DNA of 64,000 bases, from the NCBI GenBank assembly GCA_030425645.1, contig JAUHZK010000002.1, positions 192,487 to 256,486 on the forward strand, given 5' to 3'. The notes under the pieces were generated by a model that did not search any database, was not told the DNA's origin, and saw only the letters and a program-made list of their open reading frames with translations. Source of the stretch: Gammaproteobacteria bacterium. GTDB taxonomy: Bacteria > Pseudomonadota > Gammaproteobacteria > JAPPPA01. A program made the position numbers and the translations under genes. Below are positions 33,138-44,300 of the stretch, piece by piece. Every line of letters begins with the position of its first letter. Position 1 is the first letter of the stretch.

Positions 33138-33172
33138 CGACAAACACTGACTATAAACTCAGGGCAGCAAAC

Positions 33173-35281
33173 TTAGGCCGCATTCACCGTCACTGGCACC
33201 CCATTAACGGCGGCGTTACCGGATAGCGGGTCAATCAGTTTAGGATCGGTAAGGTCATTACAACTTTCCCCAGCCATGGCCTGGGCAATGCTTTGCTGCA
33301 CCCCGGGACGGCCGTGTCCCCAACCATGCGGCAGAGAAACGACGCCCGGCATCATATCGTCGCTAGCGACCACCTCAGTCACCAGCGCCCCAACGGCTGA
33401 AGCAATCTTCACCTGCTGCCCAGATTCAATGCCACGCGCCGACATATCGGCCGGGTTCATTAACAACTCATGCCGGGTTTTGCCTTTCGTTAAACGGTGA
33501 CTGTTATGCATCCAACTATTGTTAGAACGCACATGACGGCGGCCAATTAAGCTGAGCTGCTCGTCGCCGGCTTGCGTCAACAGCTGCTTAGCGCGGGTTA
33601 TATCATCCACATACAGAGCTTGATCTAAGACCACCGTTTTATCGCTGGTTTGCAGTCGCTTAGGCAACGCTGGTTTTAGCGACCCCAAATCAATCCCGGA
33701 AGGATTCTCTTGCAAGGTTTTGAGCGACAAAGCGGCTTTATGCCCTTTGGCTTTACCGTAACGCCCGGACTGCAAGGCAAAGTCCATCATCTGCGCCGGT
33801 GGCGGGCCTTTACGCGCGCTAACGCCTAGGCGCTCAGCCAACTTCTCGCCTAAGCCATTAAATATTTCCCAATCATGCTTGGCGTTTTCTGGTTTGGCCA
33901 ATACGGCTTCATTAAATCGCGCCGTATTACGCACCGCAAAACTGTGGAAAATCATGTCGTAATGATCATGCTCTAAGGGTGTTGTCGGCGGCAAAATGAC
34001 ATCGGCATGACAGGTGGTTTCATTAATCCACGGATCAATGCAGACCATAAATTCCAGCTGCTTAATCGCCGCTTCTAAACCTTTGCCGTTAGGCGTCGAC
34101 AACACGGGATTGCCCGCCGAGGTAATCAAGGCTTTTATTTGCCCTTCGCCGGGCGTGGTCATTTCTTCGGTTAAGCAAACCGCCGGCAGCTCGCCACTAA
34201 ACTCAGGCAAATTAGAAACCCGGCTACGCCAACGATCAAAGTTGCCCGCCTTACCAATGCCACCTTGAACCATATCTACCGCCGGTTGCGGAAACATGGC
34301 CCCTCCCTCGCGATCCAAATTGCCAGTGACAATATTGAGCACCTGAATCAGCCACTGACACAGACCACCAAACGACTGCACCGAACAGCCCATACGGCCA
34401 TGACAGACCGCCGCCTCAGCAGCGCTAAAATCACGCGCGATCTGTTTAATCGTATCCGTATCAATGCCACAAGCCGCAGCAACCTTCTCCGGCGTAAAGC
34501 CCTCCACGGCCTCTTTAACCGCTTCAACGCCGGTGACGTAGACAGGCACAGGACTATCTAGCTCTTCCGCAAAGATGGTTTGCAGTAAAGCTAATAGAAA
34601 CAACACATCAGACTGTGGCCGAATAAAGTGATGCTGATCTGCCACCTGAGCGGTTTCGGTACGGCGAGGGTCTAGTAATACCAACTGACCGCCCCTTTGC
34701 TGCAGGGCTTTAACGCGTTTAGCAAAATCCGGCACCGTCATAATCGACCCGTTCGACGCCATTGGGTTATTACCCAGCATCAGAAAATAATCGCAACGAT
34801 CAATATCTGGCACTGGCACATTCAACTGATGGCCATAGAGTTTTAACGCCGCTAACTGATGCGGCAATTGGTCTACCGACGTCGCCGAATAGCGGTTTTT
34901 AGTTTTGATCAGACCGAGAAAGTTTTGCGCGTGCGTCAAGCTGCCGTAGTTATGCACATTAGGGTTGCCAAGGTAGATACCGATGCCATCGGCACCATAT
35001 TTGTCATGAATATCGCCTAGGCGTTTAGCGACCAGTTCAAAGGCGTCTTCCCAGGATATTGGCATCCAACCATTAGCCGTGCGCCGCACGGGGCTACGGA
35101 GCCGATCAGGGTCTTCTTGGATGTCTTTCAGGGCGACGGCCTTAGGGCAAATATGACCGCGGCTAAGCGGGTCGTTTTTATCGCCCTTGATGGAATCAAT
35201 CACACCGTCGGTAACGGTGATTTCTAAGCCGCAAATGGCCTCACAAAGATTGCAGGCGCGGTAATGTGTTGTGGTTGTCAT
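33173..35281 (-). CDS. Molybdopterin oxidoreductase (DMSO reductase superfamily, cytoplasmic)
   Basis: CNLCEAICG...ICPK Fe-S motif, DPRRTETA, ADVILP, C-terminal MNPAD/HGWG; no Tat signal. Confidence 0.9.
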   Translation of the reverse strand: MTTTTHYRACNLCEAICGLEITVTDGVIDSIKGDKNDPLSRGHICPKAVALKDIQEDPDRLRSPVRRTANGWMPISWEDAFELVAKRLGDIHDKYGADGIGIYLGNPNVHNYGSLTHAQNFLGLIKTKNRYSATSVDQLPHQLAALKLYGHQLNVPVPDIDRCDYFLMLGNNPMASNGSIMTVPDFAKRVKALQQRGGQLVLLDPRRTETAQVADQHHFIRPQSDVLFLLALLQTIFAEELDSPVPVYVTGVEAVKEAVEGFTPEKVAAACGIDTDTIKQIARDFSAAEAAVCHGRMGCSVQSFGGLCQWLIQVLNIVTGNLDREGGAMFPQPAVDMVQGGIGKAGNFDRWRSRVSNLPEFSGELPAVCLTEEMTTPGEGQIKALITSAGNPVLSTPNGKGLEAAIKQLEFMVCIDPWINETTCHADVILPPTTPLEHDHYDMIFHSFAVRNTARFNEAVLAKPENAKHDWEIFNGLGEKLAERLGVSARKGPPPAQMMDFALQSGRYGKAKGHKAALSLKTLQENPSGIDLGSLKPALPKRLQTSDKTVVLDQALYVDDITRAKQLLTQAGDEQLSLIGRRHVRSNNSWMHNSHRLTKGKTRHELLMNPADMSARGIESGQQVKIASAVGALVTEVVASDDMMPGVVSLPHGWGHGRPGVQQSIAQAMAGESCNDLTDPKLIDPLSGNAAVNGVPVTVNAA

Positions 35282-35358
35282 ATGGGTCTCCTGCTAAGCA
35301 GTTTGCCTAGCAGGAGACCATGAAACAAGGGCTATTTAATAAGCCGTTTGAGCTAGCT

Positions 35359-36717
35359 CTAAAGCGCGAACAAGCCCGCGTTAATCCACTTATGCGTCCA
35401 AATGCTGGCGAAATAACCGAGCGCGATTGCTGGCGTCCATTTGGCGTGACTCATAAAGGTGTATTGACCACGTGCCTGCCCCATCAAGGCAACACCCGCG
35501 GCAGAACCGATGGACAACAAAGAACCACCAACACCAGCCGTTAAGGTCACCATCAGCCAGTCACCGTGGCTCATTTCAGGCCCCATGCTAAGCACTGCAA
35601 ACATCATTGGAATATTGTCCACAAGGGCTGAAAAAATACCGACCAAGGTGTTTGCGACATCTGGGCCCAAGTCGACATAGAAATAACCCGACATCTTGCC
35701 TAGGTAGCCGATGAAGGACAAACCGCCGACGCTCATAATCACGCCATAGAAGAACAACAAGGTATCCCACTCAGCACGGGCGATTTTGTTGAAGACATCA
35801 AATGGCACAACCTCACCCAAGTTGGCGTGGTCTTTTTCACCGGGCGCCCAAGCGAACTTCTGCTCGCGCATACGCAGGTAAAAGCCAAAGAACTTCAGAT
35901 AGGCCAAGCCTGTCATCATGCCAATCGCAGGCGGTAGATGCAGGAAGGTATGGAAGCAAATCGCCGTTACCACCGTCATTAAGAACAGGAACACACTGCG
36001 CTTGGCGCCCTTACCCATACTGATAGTTTCGTCGCTGGCTTCTGGCGTGCCTTTTGGCACAGCAAGGAACATAAATACGGCTGGAATAATGTAGTTAACG
36101 ACTGACGGTACAAACAGCGTAAAGAATTCAATAAAGCTAACGCGACCGCTCTGCCAGACCATTAACGTAGTGATATCGCCAAACGGGCTGAAGGCACCAC
36201 CGGCATTTGCGGCAACAACGATATTGACGCAACTAACCGCCACGAAACGACGGCTGTCTTTGCCTAGCACCAAGACGATGGCGCACATGATCAAGGCAGT
36301 GGTTAAGTTGTCAGCGATCGCCGACAGGAAGAACGAGATCCAACCCGTTAGCCAAAACATGGTGCGGTAGCTGTAACCACGTGTCGTCAACGCCACGCGA
36401 ACCGCATCAAACACGCCCCGCTCCTGCATGGTATTGATATAGGCCATCGCCACAAGCAAGAACAGGAATAATTCGGCATATTCCAGCAGGTTATGTCGCA
36501 GAAAAACTTCAGCCGAATCGGGAATGTCGTTAGCAACGTAAACACCGGCAATCAACGCCCAAATGATGCCAGCCGCCAATGTTACCGGCTTCGACTTGCG
36601 CAAATGAATCGTGTCTTCAAGCACCACCACAATCATGGCGACGACAAACACGGCGATACTCGTAAAGCCAACCCAATGGTTGGTGAGATCCAAGGTAGTG
36701 AGTTCTGATAAAACCAT
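35359..36717 (-). CDS. nhaD: Na+/H+ antiporter NhaD
   Basis: LRKSKP, ADNLTTAL, AANAGGAFSPFGDITT, VDNIP, GGSLLSIGSAAGV. Confidence 0.93.
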   Translation of the reverse strand: MVLSELTTLDLTNHWVGFTSIAVFVVAMIVVVLEDTIHLRKSKPVTLAAGIIWALIAGVYVANDIPDSAEVFLRHNLLEYAELFLFLLVAMAYINTMQERGVFDAVRVALTTRGYSYRTMFWLTGWISFFLSAIADNLTTALIMCAIVLVLGKDSRRFVAVSCVNIVVAANAGGAFSPFGDITTLMVWQSGRVSFIEFFTLFVPSVVNYIIPAVFMFLAVPKGTPEASDETISMGKGAKRSVFLFLMTVVTAICFHTFLHLPPAIGMMTGLAYLKFFGFYLRMREQKFAWAPGEKDHANLGEVVPFDVFNKIARAEWDTLLFFYGVIMSVGGLSFIGYLGKMSGYFYVDLGPDVANTLVGIFSALVDNIPMMFAVLSMGPEMSHGDWLMVTLTAGVGGSLLSIGSAAGVALMGQARGQYTFMSHAKWTPAIALGYFASIWTHKWINAGLFAL

Positions 36718-37091
36718 AAGTTTTCCGATAAACCCATGCTCCCCGCGCCATTGGCACGAAGGGCAAGTATTAGCGTGGATAAAGTTTCCGCAGACGCTAC
36801 AAACGCTGTCACAAGGCGGCTAAAATGGAGCCACCAGCATCTATACGCTGGCGAATTAGGCGCGCATTCTACCCGAACTTTCGCTTTAACTTGGTGCAGA
36901 TTGCACCAATATTGAGAGCTTCACATTGGGTCATTTTTGGTTAACAAGTTGCTAAACCAATAGTATTAGTCAAAATCATGCTATATGATTTTCTCTATAC
37001 GCTGACAAACAGCTCGCGCCTTGCCCGTTACGGCTTAACAACACAACGCCGTATCCGGCTTTAACGAAACCTACACTTCTGGAGTATTTTC

Positions 37092-37760
37092 TTGAGCAAC
37101 GCAAACGCCCCGGCACCATTGGTTGACACCATTGCTCATTATATTTCTGAGCTCATTCTTAACGGTGAGCTGCCGCCCGGCGCCCGTGTTAATGAAGCCG
37201 AAATGGCGGAACGTTTTGGTGTGAGCCGCGGCCCCGTTAGAGAGGCCATTGCCATTCTGAGCTCTGGTTTCATCGTTGATGTTTATCCACGTCGCGGCGC
37301 CTTTGTAGCCGACATGGATGGCGAAACCGTCAAGCAGCTTTGTGAATATGCTGCCTACCAGTTCGCAAACCTAGTGCGAGAGCTACAACGCAGCATCCAC
37401 TCTCCCAGCCAGCTCGACGTTTTCGATCCGCTTATTGCCAAGTTAACTGAACTAGCCGCTGATCCCGACACCAGTGTTAAAAAGTTTCAAGATGCCTGCT
37501 TGGCTGTCGAAACCCAAGCCTGCGACATGATTCAGAACCGCTTCTTGCTTGAGGCCTTATCTCAAATGGGCCTAGCAGTGCGCCGCGTAGAAGCCTTAGC
37601 GTTTGAACAACGCAATGCAATTGAGCTACACGCCGCCTTTATCACTAAAACCCTAGCTGTTTTACGAGAAACTCCGTTTGACGAAGATATTGATCGACAT
37701 TTCCGCAGCCATTATGAAGAGATGTGGAAGCAGCTGGTAAGGCAAGGAAAAATCAGCTAG
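37092..37760 (+). CDS. GntR family regulator (FCD-type)
   Basis: I..GELPPGARV.E..MAERFGVSRGPVREAI; GGAG RBS. Confidence 0.92.
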   Translation: MSNANAPAPLVDTIAHYISELILNGELPPGARVNEAEMAERFGVSRGPVREAIAILSSGFIVDVYPRRGAFVADMDGETVKQLCEYAAYQFANLVRELQRSIHSPSQLDVFDPLIAKLTELAADPDTSVKKFQDACLAVETQACDMIQNRFLLEALSQMGLAVRRVEALAFEQRNAIELHAAFITKTLAVLRETPFDEDIDRHFRSHYEEMWKQLVRQGKIS

Positions 37761-37773
37761 CTACTGACTTAGA

Positions 37774-37805
37774 CAAAAAAAGGGCGCTATTAGCGCCCTT
37801 TTTTA
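37774..37805. terminator. Bidirectional intrinsic terminator
   Basis: A-run-GGGCGCT-ATT-AGCGCCC-T-run between convergent genes. Confidence 0.9.
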
Positions 37806-37821
37806 TGCCTGCATTCGAGCT

Positions 37822-40665
37822 TTATTCAAAACTCATCAGCTGCTGATAAGTAGGTCGGTTAACCCAGTGCATTGGTGTTAAATCGGCAGTGGCGTCAGGA
37901 ACCGGAATAAATAAAATTTCTTCACGCGCCATGGTAATACTGCCAGGTTGTCCACTCGCTTGAGCCGCGGCATCTAAAGCCGCCCAGATACGCTCCGCAC
38001 ATTGTTGCGCGGTAGGTTCGTCGCCCAAGGCATCCGCGCCACAATGGCGTTGGCTGGTGGGTGTATTTACCGGATCACCCAAAGCCATCGACAACTCTGT
38101 CCACATATGGCCGTAATGGCCACCCTGATAAGCGCTACCGGCAAGGCCTGGTGCGTTATCACGGCCTCCCACCAAGGCATCAATCGGCGCAAAGGTAAAG
38201 GTCTGATCGATCAATGGGTTCCAAAGATTATCCATGAAGGTAACGGCGGCACCACGGTCATAATTACCGTCATTGTCGCCGTCGCGACGCAGGGACTCAT
38301 GGGCAACCCAATCATCTAAAACCGGCAGCCACTGTTCAATCAAGCCACCCGGTGACAACTCTGGAAAACGTTTAGCCAAACGCAATGCCAACGGCAACAC
38401 GTGTGAACCACGAAAATCGGTTAAGCCAGCCTCTTCCATCAACTGCGTAAAACGCACCGCAGAAATCTTATTCCCAGCTTCAACCTCTTCAACAATTTTG
38501 TCTTCAAGCATATCGGCCCGATATAAAGCGCTGTAGTTCCACTTCGTATCCGAAGCGCCCCAGTTAGGCGAATGTTTGTTATTCCAGCTAACAATGAAGC
38601 CCCGCTCAGGATTCGCTTCTTGAGGGTGTTCAGTTGGTGGCATTAGGCCTTGCCAGTCCCACTCGCCAGTACCCAGTACCGGGAAGTCAGGATCAACTGC
38701 GTTGTTACGCACTGGGAACAAACCACCGTGGTAATAGGCAATTTCATCACCGCTATTCCACATCCAATTGGTAGATAGGTTCATGGGGTGCATATTGGCC
38801 AAATACTTTTCCGCCGTATCCGACTTACCGGTAACCCAGCGATACATGGTAACCGCGCCATCGGCCTCCTTAAATAAGGTCGTTCTAGCCCGCACAACGG
38901 CGACTGGAACCTGATTGCCGTCCCCGTCAGTTAGCACACTACGCGCTACTACCGGACCATGTACGGTACGTTCAGCAATGATGTCAGTAATGCCTAACTC
39001 CGCTAGTGCCTCCAATGGGATTTGATCCAAGGGAATTTCGCTTAACGGTAACTGCGTTAATACTGGTGCCAACTCCGGCACAATGGTGCCCTGCTGAATT
39101 TCAGACACAAGCCGCTTGGCAAACCAGCTCATCGGCTTACATTCACCGTTATGCAAATAATGGCGGCTATGTTCGGTTGGGCTACCGCCATTGGGTTCGC
39201 ATAACACCTCAACAAAAGTATCGACCATATCTGAGCCACCCGCTGTTGCAGTCCAAGCGTAATTGCTGGCGCGACCAATTACTGGGGCGAAGCTTAAGCC
39301 AGGAAAACCAGCACCACGGGTATGTACCGTTTCACCGTGAGCTTCAAACTCAAACAAAATTTGAGGCGAGAAATAACCGGTTTGCGGACCACCTAGCTGA
39401 ATTGGACGACCAGTGTCCGACAGCGACCCATCAATCACCATGGCATTAGACATCGAACCACTGCGGCTTAAATCTAAAACTCCTAGCTGCGTGTCTAGGC
39501 GTAACAAATCCCAGTTAATTTGCGAGGCTGCATTTAGCTCGGAGAACTGAGCCGACATACTGGCGTATTGGCTAAGACTTTGGGGCTTGCCGAATAAGCT
39601 AGTCAGAAACACCTGCAAGCCCAAATCACCGGTGTCGACATTCATCGCGTTAGCGGCCGCCTCAATAGCGGCTTCGTCGCGCTGGTTGTATTCGAAACGT
39701 TCGTCGGTGGTATGCACCGGCGCATCATGGTTATTACGATTACGAAAATCGTCATAAATACGGCGGGCATCGTCACCAAACTGCGCTCGCAGTTGCATCA
39801 TCTTGGCTGCATTGCCGAGCTCCGCGCCCCCGTCGGCGCCAAACATCGCTCTAACAACCGTCGCTGCAGCCACCACATCACCCATAGTCCACGGTGCGGG
39901 CGTCACCCCCAGCTCAGCCAAGACGCTCGGTAACGGTAGTTCAGAAGAGTAAATGCCCGTTAGGTAGGCATTAACACCATCAACAAAATGACGTACCGCC
40001 TCGACGGTTTTTTCGCCGTCTTCGCCATAAATAGCAGCCCGTTCTATCTGTGCTTCATACTCGGCCGGCGTATAAGGATACATACGCACCCATTCCGCAT
40101 CGGCTAACCAAGCCGCTGCCGTACCTAACAACTCAAAGGCTTCGGCGCGCCCTAGTGCTCTAAGCAGCTCCATCACCGTCAGACGATCTTCAGCGGTGAC
40201 ATAACCCGCACCAAAGAAAGCGTCATTGTCGGTGTCACCATAAATAACTGGGATACCCCATTTAGCATCGCGCTTAATGGTCACACCCGTTTTCGGGGAA
40301 TATTCGCGCTCTATGCCCCAGCGTTCTTCTGGGTGAAACAGTCCGTCTTTAAAATAGGTTTCCATCAACTGCGCAGACTCTAATTCTGGATAACCCTGGA
40401 CCAGGTTGTCGTACATGGAAATTTCATCATGAGCATGTCGGTAATCTGTACCTGGCGGCACGATAGTACCGGCAACGGTTGCACAGTCGGTTGCATTACT
40501 ACCACCCGCATCAGCCCGGCAGTTAGGCAAGGCTTGGTCGCGGTCTCCGTTACCACCACCCGGCCCAGTCCCTGTATCTGTACTAGACGAATCAGCACCA
40601 CCACTACAAGCTGCTACCGTAAGTACAACCAAAGCCATTAGCAGTCGCCAAGCAACTCTACTCAT
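37822..40665 (-). CDS. Penicillin acylase (Ntn-hydrolase) family lipoprotein
   Basis: Lipobox VAAC; IKRD..GIP..YG; GYVTAEDRL; beta-chain start M|SNA; GPQTGY; SWNNK; GGAGGAG RBS. Confidence 0.9.
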   Translation of the reverse strand: MSRVAWRLLMALVVLTVAACSGGADSSSTDTGTGPGGGNGDRDQALPNCRADAGGSNATDCATVAGTIVPPGTDYRHAHDEISMYDNLVQGYPELESAQLMETYFKDGLFHPEERWGIEREYSPKTGVTIKRDAKWGIPVIYGDTDNDAFFGAGYVTAEDRLTVMELLRALGRAEAFELLGTAAAWLADAEWVRMYPYTPAEYEAQIERAAIYGEDGEKTVEAVRHFVDGVNAYLTGIYSSELPLPSVLAELGVTPAPWTMGDVVAAATVVRAMFGADGGAELGNAAKMMQLRAQFGDDARRIYDDFRNRNNHDAPVHTTDERFEYNQRDEAAIEAAANAMNVDTGDLGLQVFLTSLFGKPQSLSQYASMSAQFSELNAASQINWDLLRLDTQLGVLDLSRSGSMSNAMVIDGSLSDTGRPIQLGGPQTGYFSPQILFEFEAHGETVHTRGAGFPGLSFAPVIGRASNYAWTATAGGSDMVDTFVEVLCEPNGGSPTEHSRHYLHNGECKPMSWFAKRLVSEIQQGTIVPELAPVLTQLPLSEIPLDQIPLEALAELGITDIIAERTVHGPVVARSVLTDGDGNQVPVAVVRARTTLFKEADGAVTMYRWVTGKSDTAEKYLANMHPMNLSTNWMWNSGDEIAYYHGGLFPVRNNAVDPDFPVLGTGEWDWQGLMPPTEHPQEANPERGFIVSWNNKHSPNWGASDTKWNYSALYRADMLEDKIVEEVEAGNKISAVRFTQLMEEAGLTDFRGSHVLPLALRLAKRFPELSPGGLIEQWLPVLDDWVAHESLRRDGDNDGNYDRGAAVTFMDNLWNPLIDQTFTFAPIDALVGGRDNAPGLAGSAYQGGHYGHMWTELSMALGDPVNTPTSQRHCGADALGDEPTAQQCAERIWAALDAAAQASGQPGSITMAREEILFIPVPDATADLTPMHWVNRPTYQQLMSFE

Positions 40666-40784
40666 GATTCTCCTCCAAGAGATATTTACTAATTTGTTTT
40701 GGTTATCGTACTTAACAGTTGTTCAAAATCAAGAGGGCGCAGATGAACGGCTACGCAAACAGCCGCAGCGGTTAAAATAGCCGC

Positions 40785-41207
40785 ATGAGGACTGCCGAAA
40801 CACACACAGCCCGCAGCGAATTCGGCCACTTAATGTGGCTTTACGAACGGAACTACCAACTCGCAAGAAACCTATTGGGAAGCATTAGCGAAGAGGCAAC
40901 CGAGGCCGAAATTCAAAGCAAAAATGATGATTTAGCCCTGAGTATCACCCTACTCGATAGGCAGCGGCACACTGAAACCTGGCATCTGACTTATTGGTTT
41001 CACGATGGCGATAGCGAGATAGCCGACCCTGATATTGAGCTCAAGCTTTATCACGACACCAAACAAGCCGAATGTTGGCGAGTCGGCAACCACGACCATT
41101 TAGAGCTATTGCGCGCCTTTAAAACCGAAGCCACCGACGCCCTAGAGCGCAAGTGGCAACGGAATATGATGCTGCATAAGTGGCTGCAGTATTTACTGCA
41201 GTCTTAA
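40785..41207 (+). CDS. DUF1249 (YqiB-like) protein
   Basis: LYERNY, DP...KLYHD...AE, KWQRN..L.KWLQY. Confidence 0.85.
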   Translation: MRTAETHTARSEFGHLMWLYERNYQLARNLLGSISEEATEAEIQSKNDDLALSITLLDRQRHTETWHLTYWFHDGDSEIADPDIELKLYHDTKQAECWRVGNHDHLELLRAFKTEATDALERKWQRNMMLHKWLQYLLQS

Positions 41208-41318
41208 TAGCGCTAACGACTACCTTGGCGCTCTGAAACTCAGAACGATCAGGTATCAAACCTTCGCGTTCAACTCAAAGGCCCACGCATCTAATAGAGT
41301 CACCCGGCGCCTGAAGCG

Positions 41319-44300
41319 CTATTGCGGCACCCAACCCGCAGGGTTACTGGCATAGAGGTAGTTACCCGCAACTGGATCTAAACCGTTATCGATCGCTACA
41401 TGAACCCACGAGCTTGGCCCAAACACAACATCATCAGGACAATGCGCTGCAATATCTAAGTGGATGGTCAGTGAGCCCGTGTCAGCATTCGCTGTGTAGC
41501 TAGTACGATCAGCACCCAGCTCGACGTTACAACTGTTGCCGTCACTGCTGCCCGTGCTTGGGCCGTAACCGATCGTCATCCATGCCGTGGCATCGCCTAA
41601 TGGTGGCAGGTCTAGATCACCGTCACCACGAGTCACTGGGCCCGCGCCTTGGATCACTACGTCGATCTTCTCAGCACCGTCTAGGTTGCCGTTGATCGGC
41701 TCAAGGATCACAAGCGGTGTTGCGACACTAAGTAACGGGTCCGCTACGCGGCCGTTCGGATTGGTTGCGTAAAGGTAGTTAACACCCTCTTCACCATTGT
41801 CATCAACTGATACATGCACCCAAGTGCTTGGGCCATATTGGCTCACGCCGCAACCAGCAAGATCCATATGCAAGGTAATGTCTTCACCCGATACGGTGTA
41901 GTTAGCTGGATTGTCTAAACGCACTGAGCAGGCGTTGCCCTGCGAGCTGCTGGTGCTAGGGCCGTAACCTAAGCTGACCCAGGCCACAGCAGCACCTGGA
42001 ACTTGCAGAACGCCATTGTCGTCAACAACAGGACCGGCACCCGCAATCACGATATCCATGCCTTCTGCACGACCATCGCCGTCTTGATCCAGTCGTTGCT
42101 CCACTACATCAACCACTAATGGCTGACTGAATAATATGTCGCTTAACTCATTCTCGTTAGAACCAGGGCATACTACCCCCGAACTGGCCGGGTAAATCTG
42201 CACTTGGTGCTCTGCATCAACGATAAATCGAGTTCTATCCACGGGGCTAGCACCATCGACACACACGATGGCGTCATCACCAAGCTGCTCCAAGCTCAAA
42301 ATAGAGAAACCATCACTAATGACAGTACCTATAATTTCTTTGCTTTGGTCCAGCTGCATATGATCCAAATCAATGCTCGCGGCCGCCAAGTTGGTCAACG
42401 TTAGTGAAAAACCGTTACTCGTTTCTAGCGAGCCAATTTCCAGCCAATCTAAGCCCTGACGAATATATGGGGTGCTATGGCCACCAAGAGAGAACACTGG
42501 GCCACTAAGCCAAGGAATACCCCCTCCAACATAACCATCAACGATTCTCGGAACCGCCAACACGTGCTGCCCTTCGATGCTGAAAGACTCTGCCTCAATT
42601 AAACCGAAGACACTGGTATCTCCATGAGGCGCATTGCGCACAGCTAAGTCATTGACCCAATACGCACCATTCGGACCAAAATTCACTTGTTCTCTTTGCC
42701 CACCAGCCTTGGCATCTAAGCTCACACTATTCAGTGCACTTACCAACGCCGGAACGACTTTGTAGGTAACTTTCCGAGGCGCGTGATCTTTGCGGAATTT
42801 ATTAATGTATTCAGCACCATCGACCCACTCATCAATAATCGCTTGGGTGTAATGCTCATACCCGATAAAAGTCTGCATATCATGGCGATAACCCAGCTCG
42901 GTTAAACGTAACGCCATGCTCTCAACACCTGTGATAGGCACTAACTCGTCGAAGGTGCCGTGGTGGATCACCATAGGCACGTCACGAAGGTTCTCCAGCA
43001 GACGGTAACTCAACTGCGCGTTGGCCTGTCCACCCGCGCCGATGAAACAAGGGTTACCGGCACCTTGGCTCGGCACCTCAAAGTCACCGCCGCATAGAAT
43101 TTCGTCGTCAGGGCCTAAGCCCGTCCACGCACCCTGAGTGAGCGCGCCCGACACAGGGTAGCCAGCCGCAAACACGTCTGGGTATAAGCCGCCCATTAGC
43201 CATGTGCCATAACCACCCATCGAATATCCCGATAGATAGATACGACTTGCGTCGATGTTAAACAAACCAGGATTTTCAGGAATATCTGGCCCTTGATGGC
43301 CTTTAGCCAGGTCGGTACCGGCCACATCGGCAAAAACTTCCCAGAAATCTTGGTGAGCTTGGCCAACATACCACTGGCTAGTACCACGACCATGGGGTGT
43401 GGCGATGATGTTGCCCTGCTCCTCACCCAATTGGTGAATGATCTTTGGACTCCACGCGGCAGCCGAATGCACACGACCACCACGGTAGTGCATCCACATA
43501 GTGAGCGGTGCCGCAGTATTGCCACTAGAGTCGTAGTTACTTGGAATATAAAGGCCGTAGCGTTGGAAAACGTTGTCCTCAGCAAGCGACTCTTGTGAAA
43601 TATTCGCGCCAGCAATAAACAGCTTCTCGTGATAACCAACACTGGGCTCCATTGACTCTGCTACTGGATTTAGCAGCTTATTGACATCAATGCTTGCGGT
43701 GAAGGCGTCAACATTGCCTTCCCATAAGGCTAAGGCTTGTTGGCGGTCGTTATACATGCCCGCCACCGGCTCGTTGGGGCGATAAGCCAGGTTATAGAAC
43801 TCAGAGCCGTCAATATTAGTACTAACCAAACCAACGGTTACTACCCCGTCATTCGAAAGCTCTGCTAATGGCAGCTCTGCTCGCAAGATACCGCCCGCGC
43901 CTTCACTTGGGTCTGCCAATATGTTGCCATTAAGCAGTATCGCCGAATCAAAGCGGTCCGTTTTTAATCCGTACTCAGATAAATCGGCGGCACCCTCAGC
44001 ATTATCAATCAACAGCAAAACGTTGGCGTTTTCTGCGCGTTCTAAACGGGTGAATTCCACAGCCAGAGCCAGTGTATCGGCATCAACCGCGGACCATTCG
44101 ACACGGAACATGTCCCGCCCGTCAGCGGTCGCGTTGCCGTCGCCAAACCGATCTGGCACACCAGCCGGTTCTGGTGCACCAAACTGCTGTCCCAGCGCCT
44201 GCGATAAGGCATCTAAACGTTCTGCCCGGCTGTAGATAGAGCCGGCCAAGAGAGTTACCGCCAAACGGCGGGCGTCAGTGCCGTCATCAGCACCCCAGGC

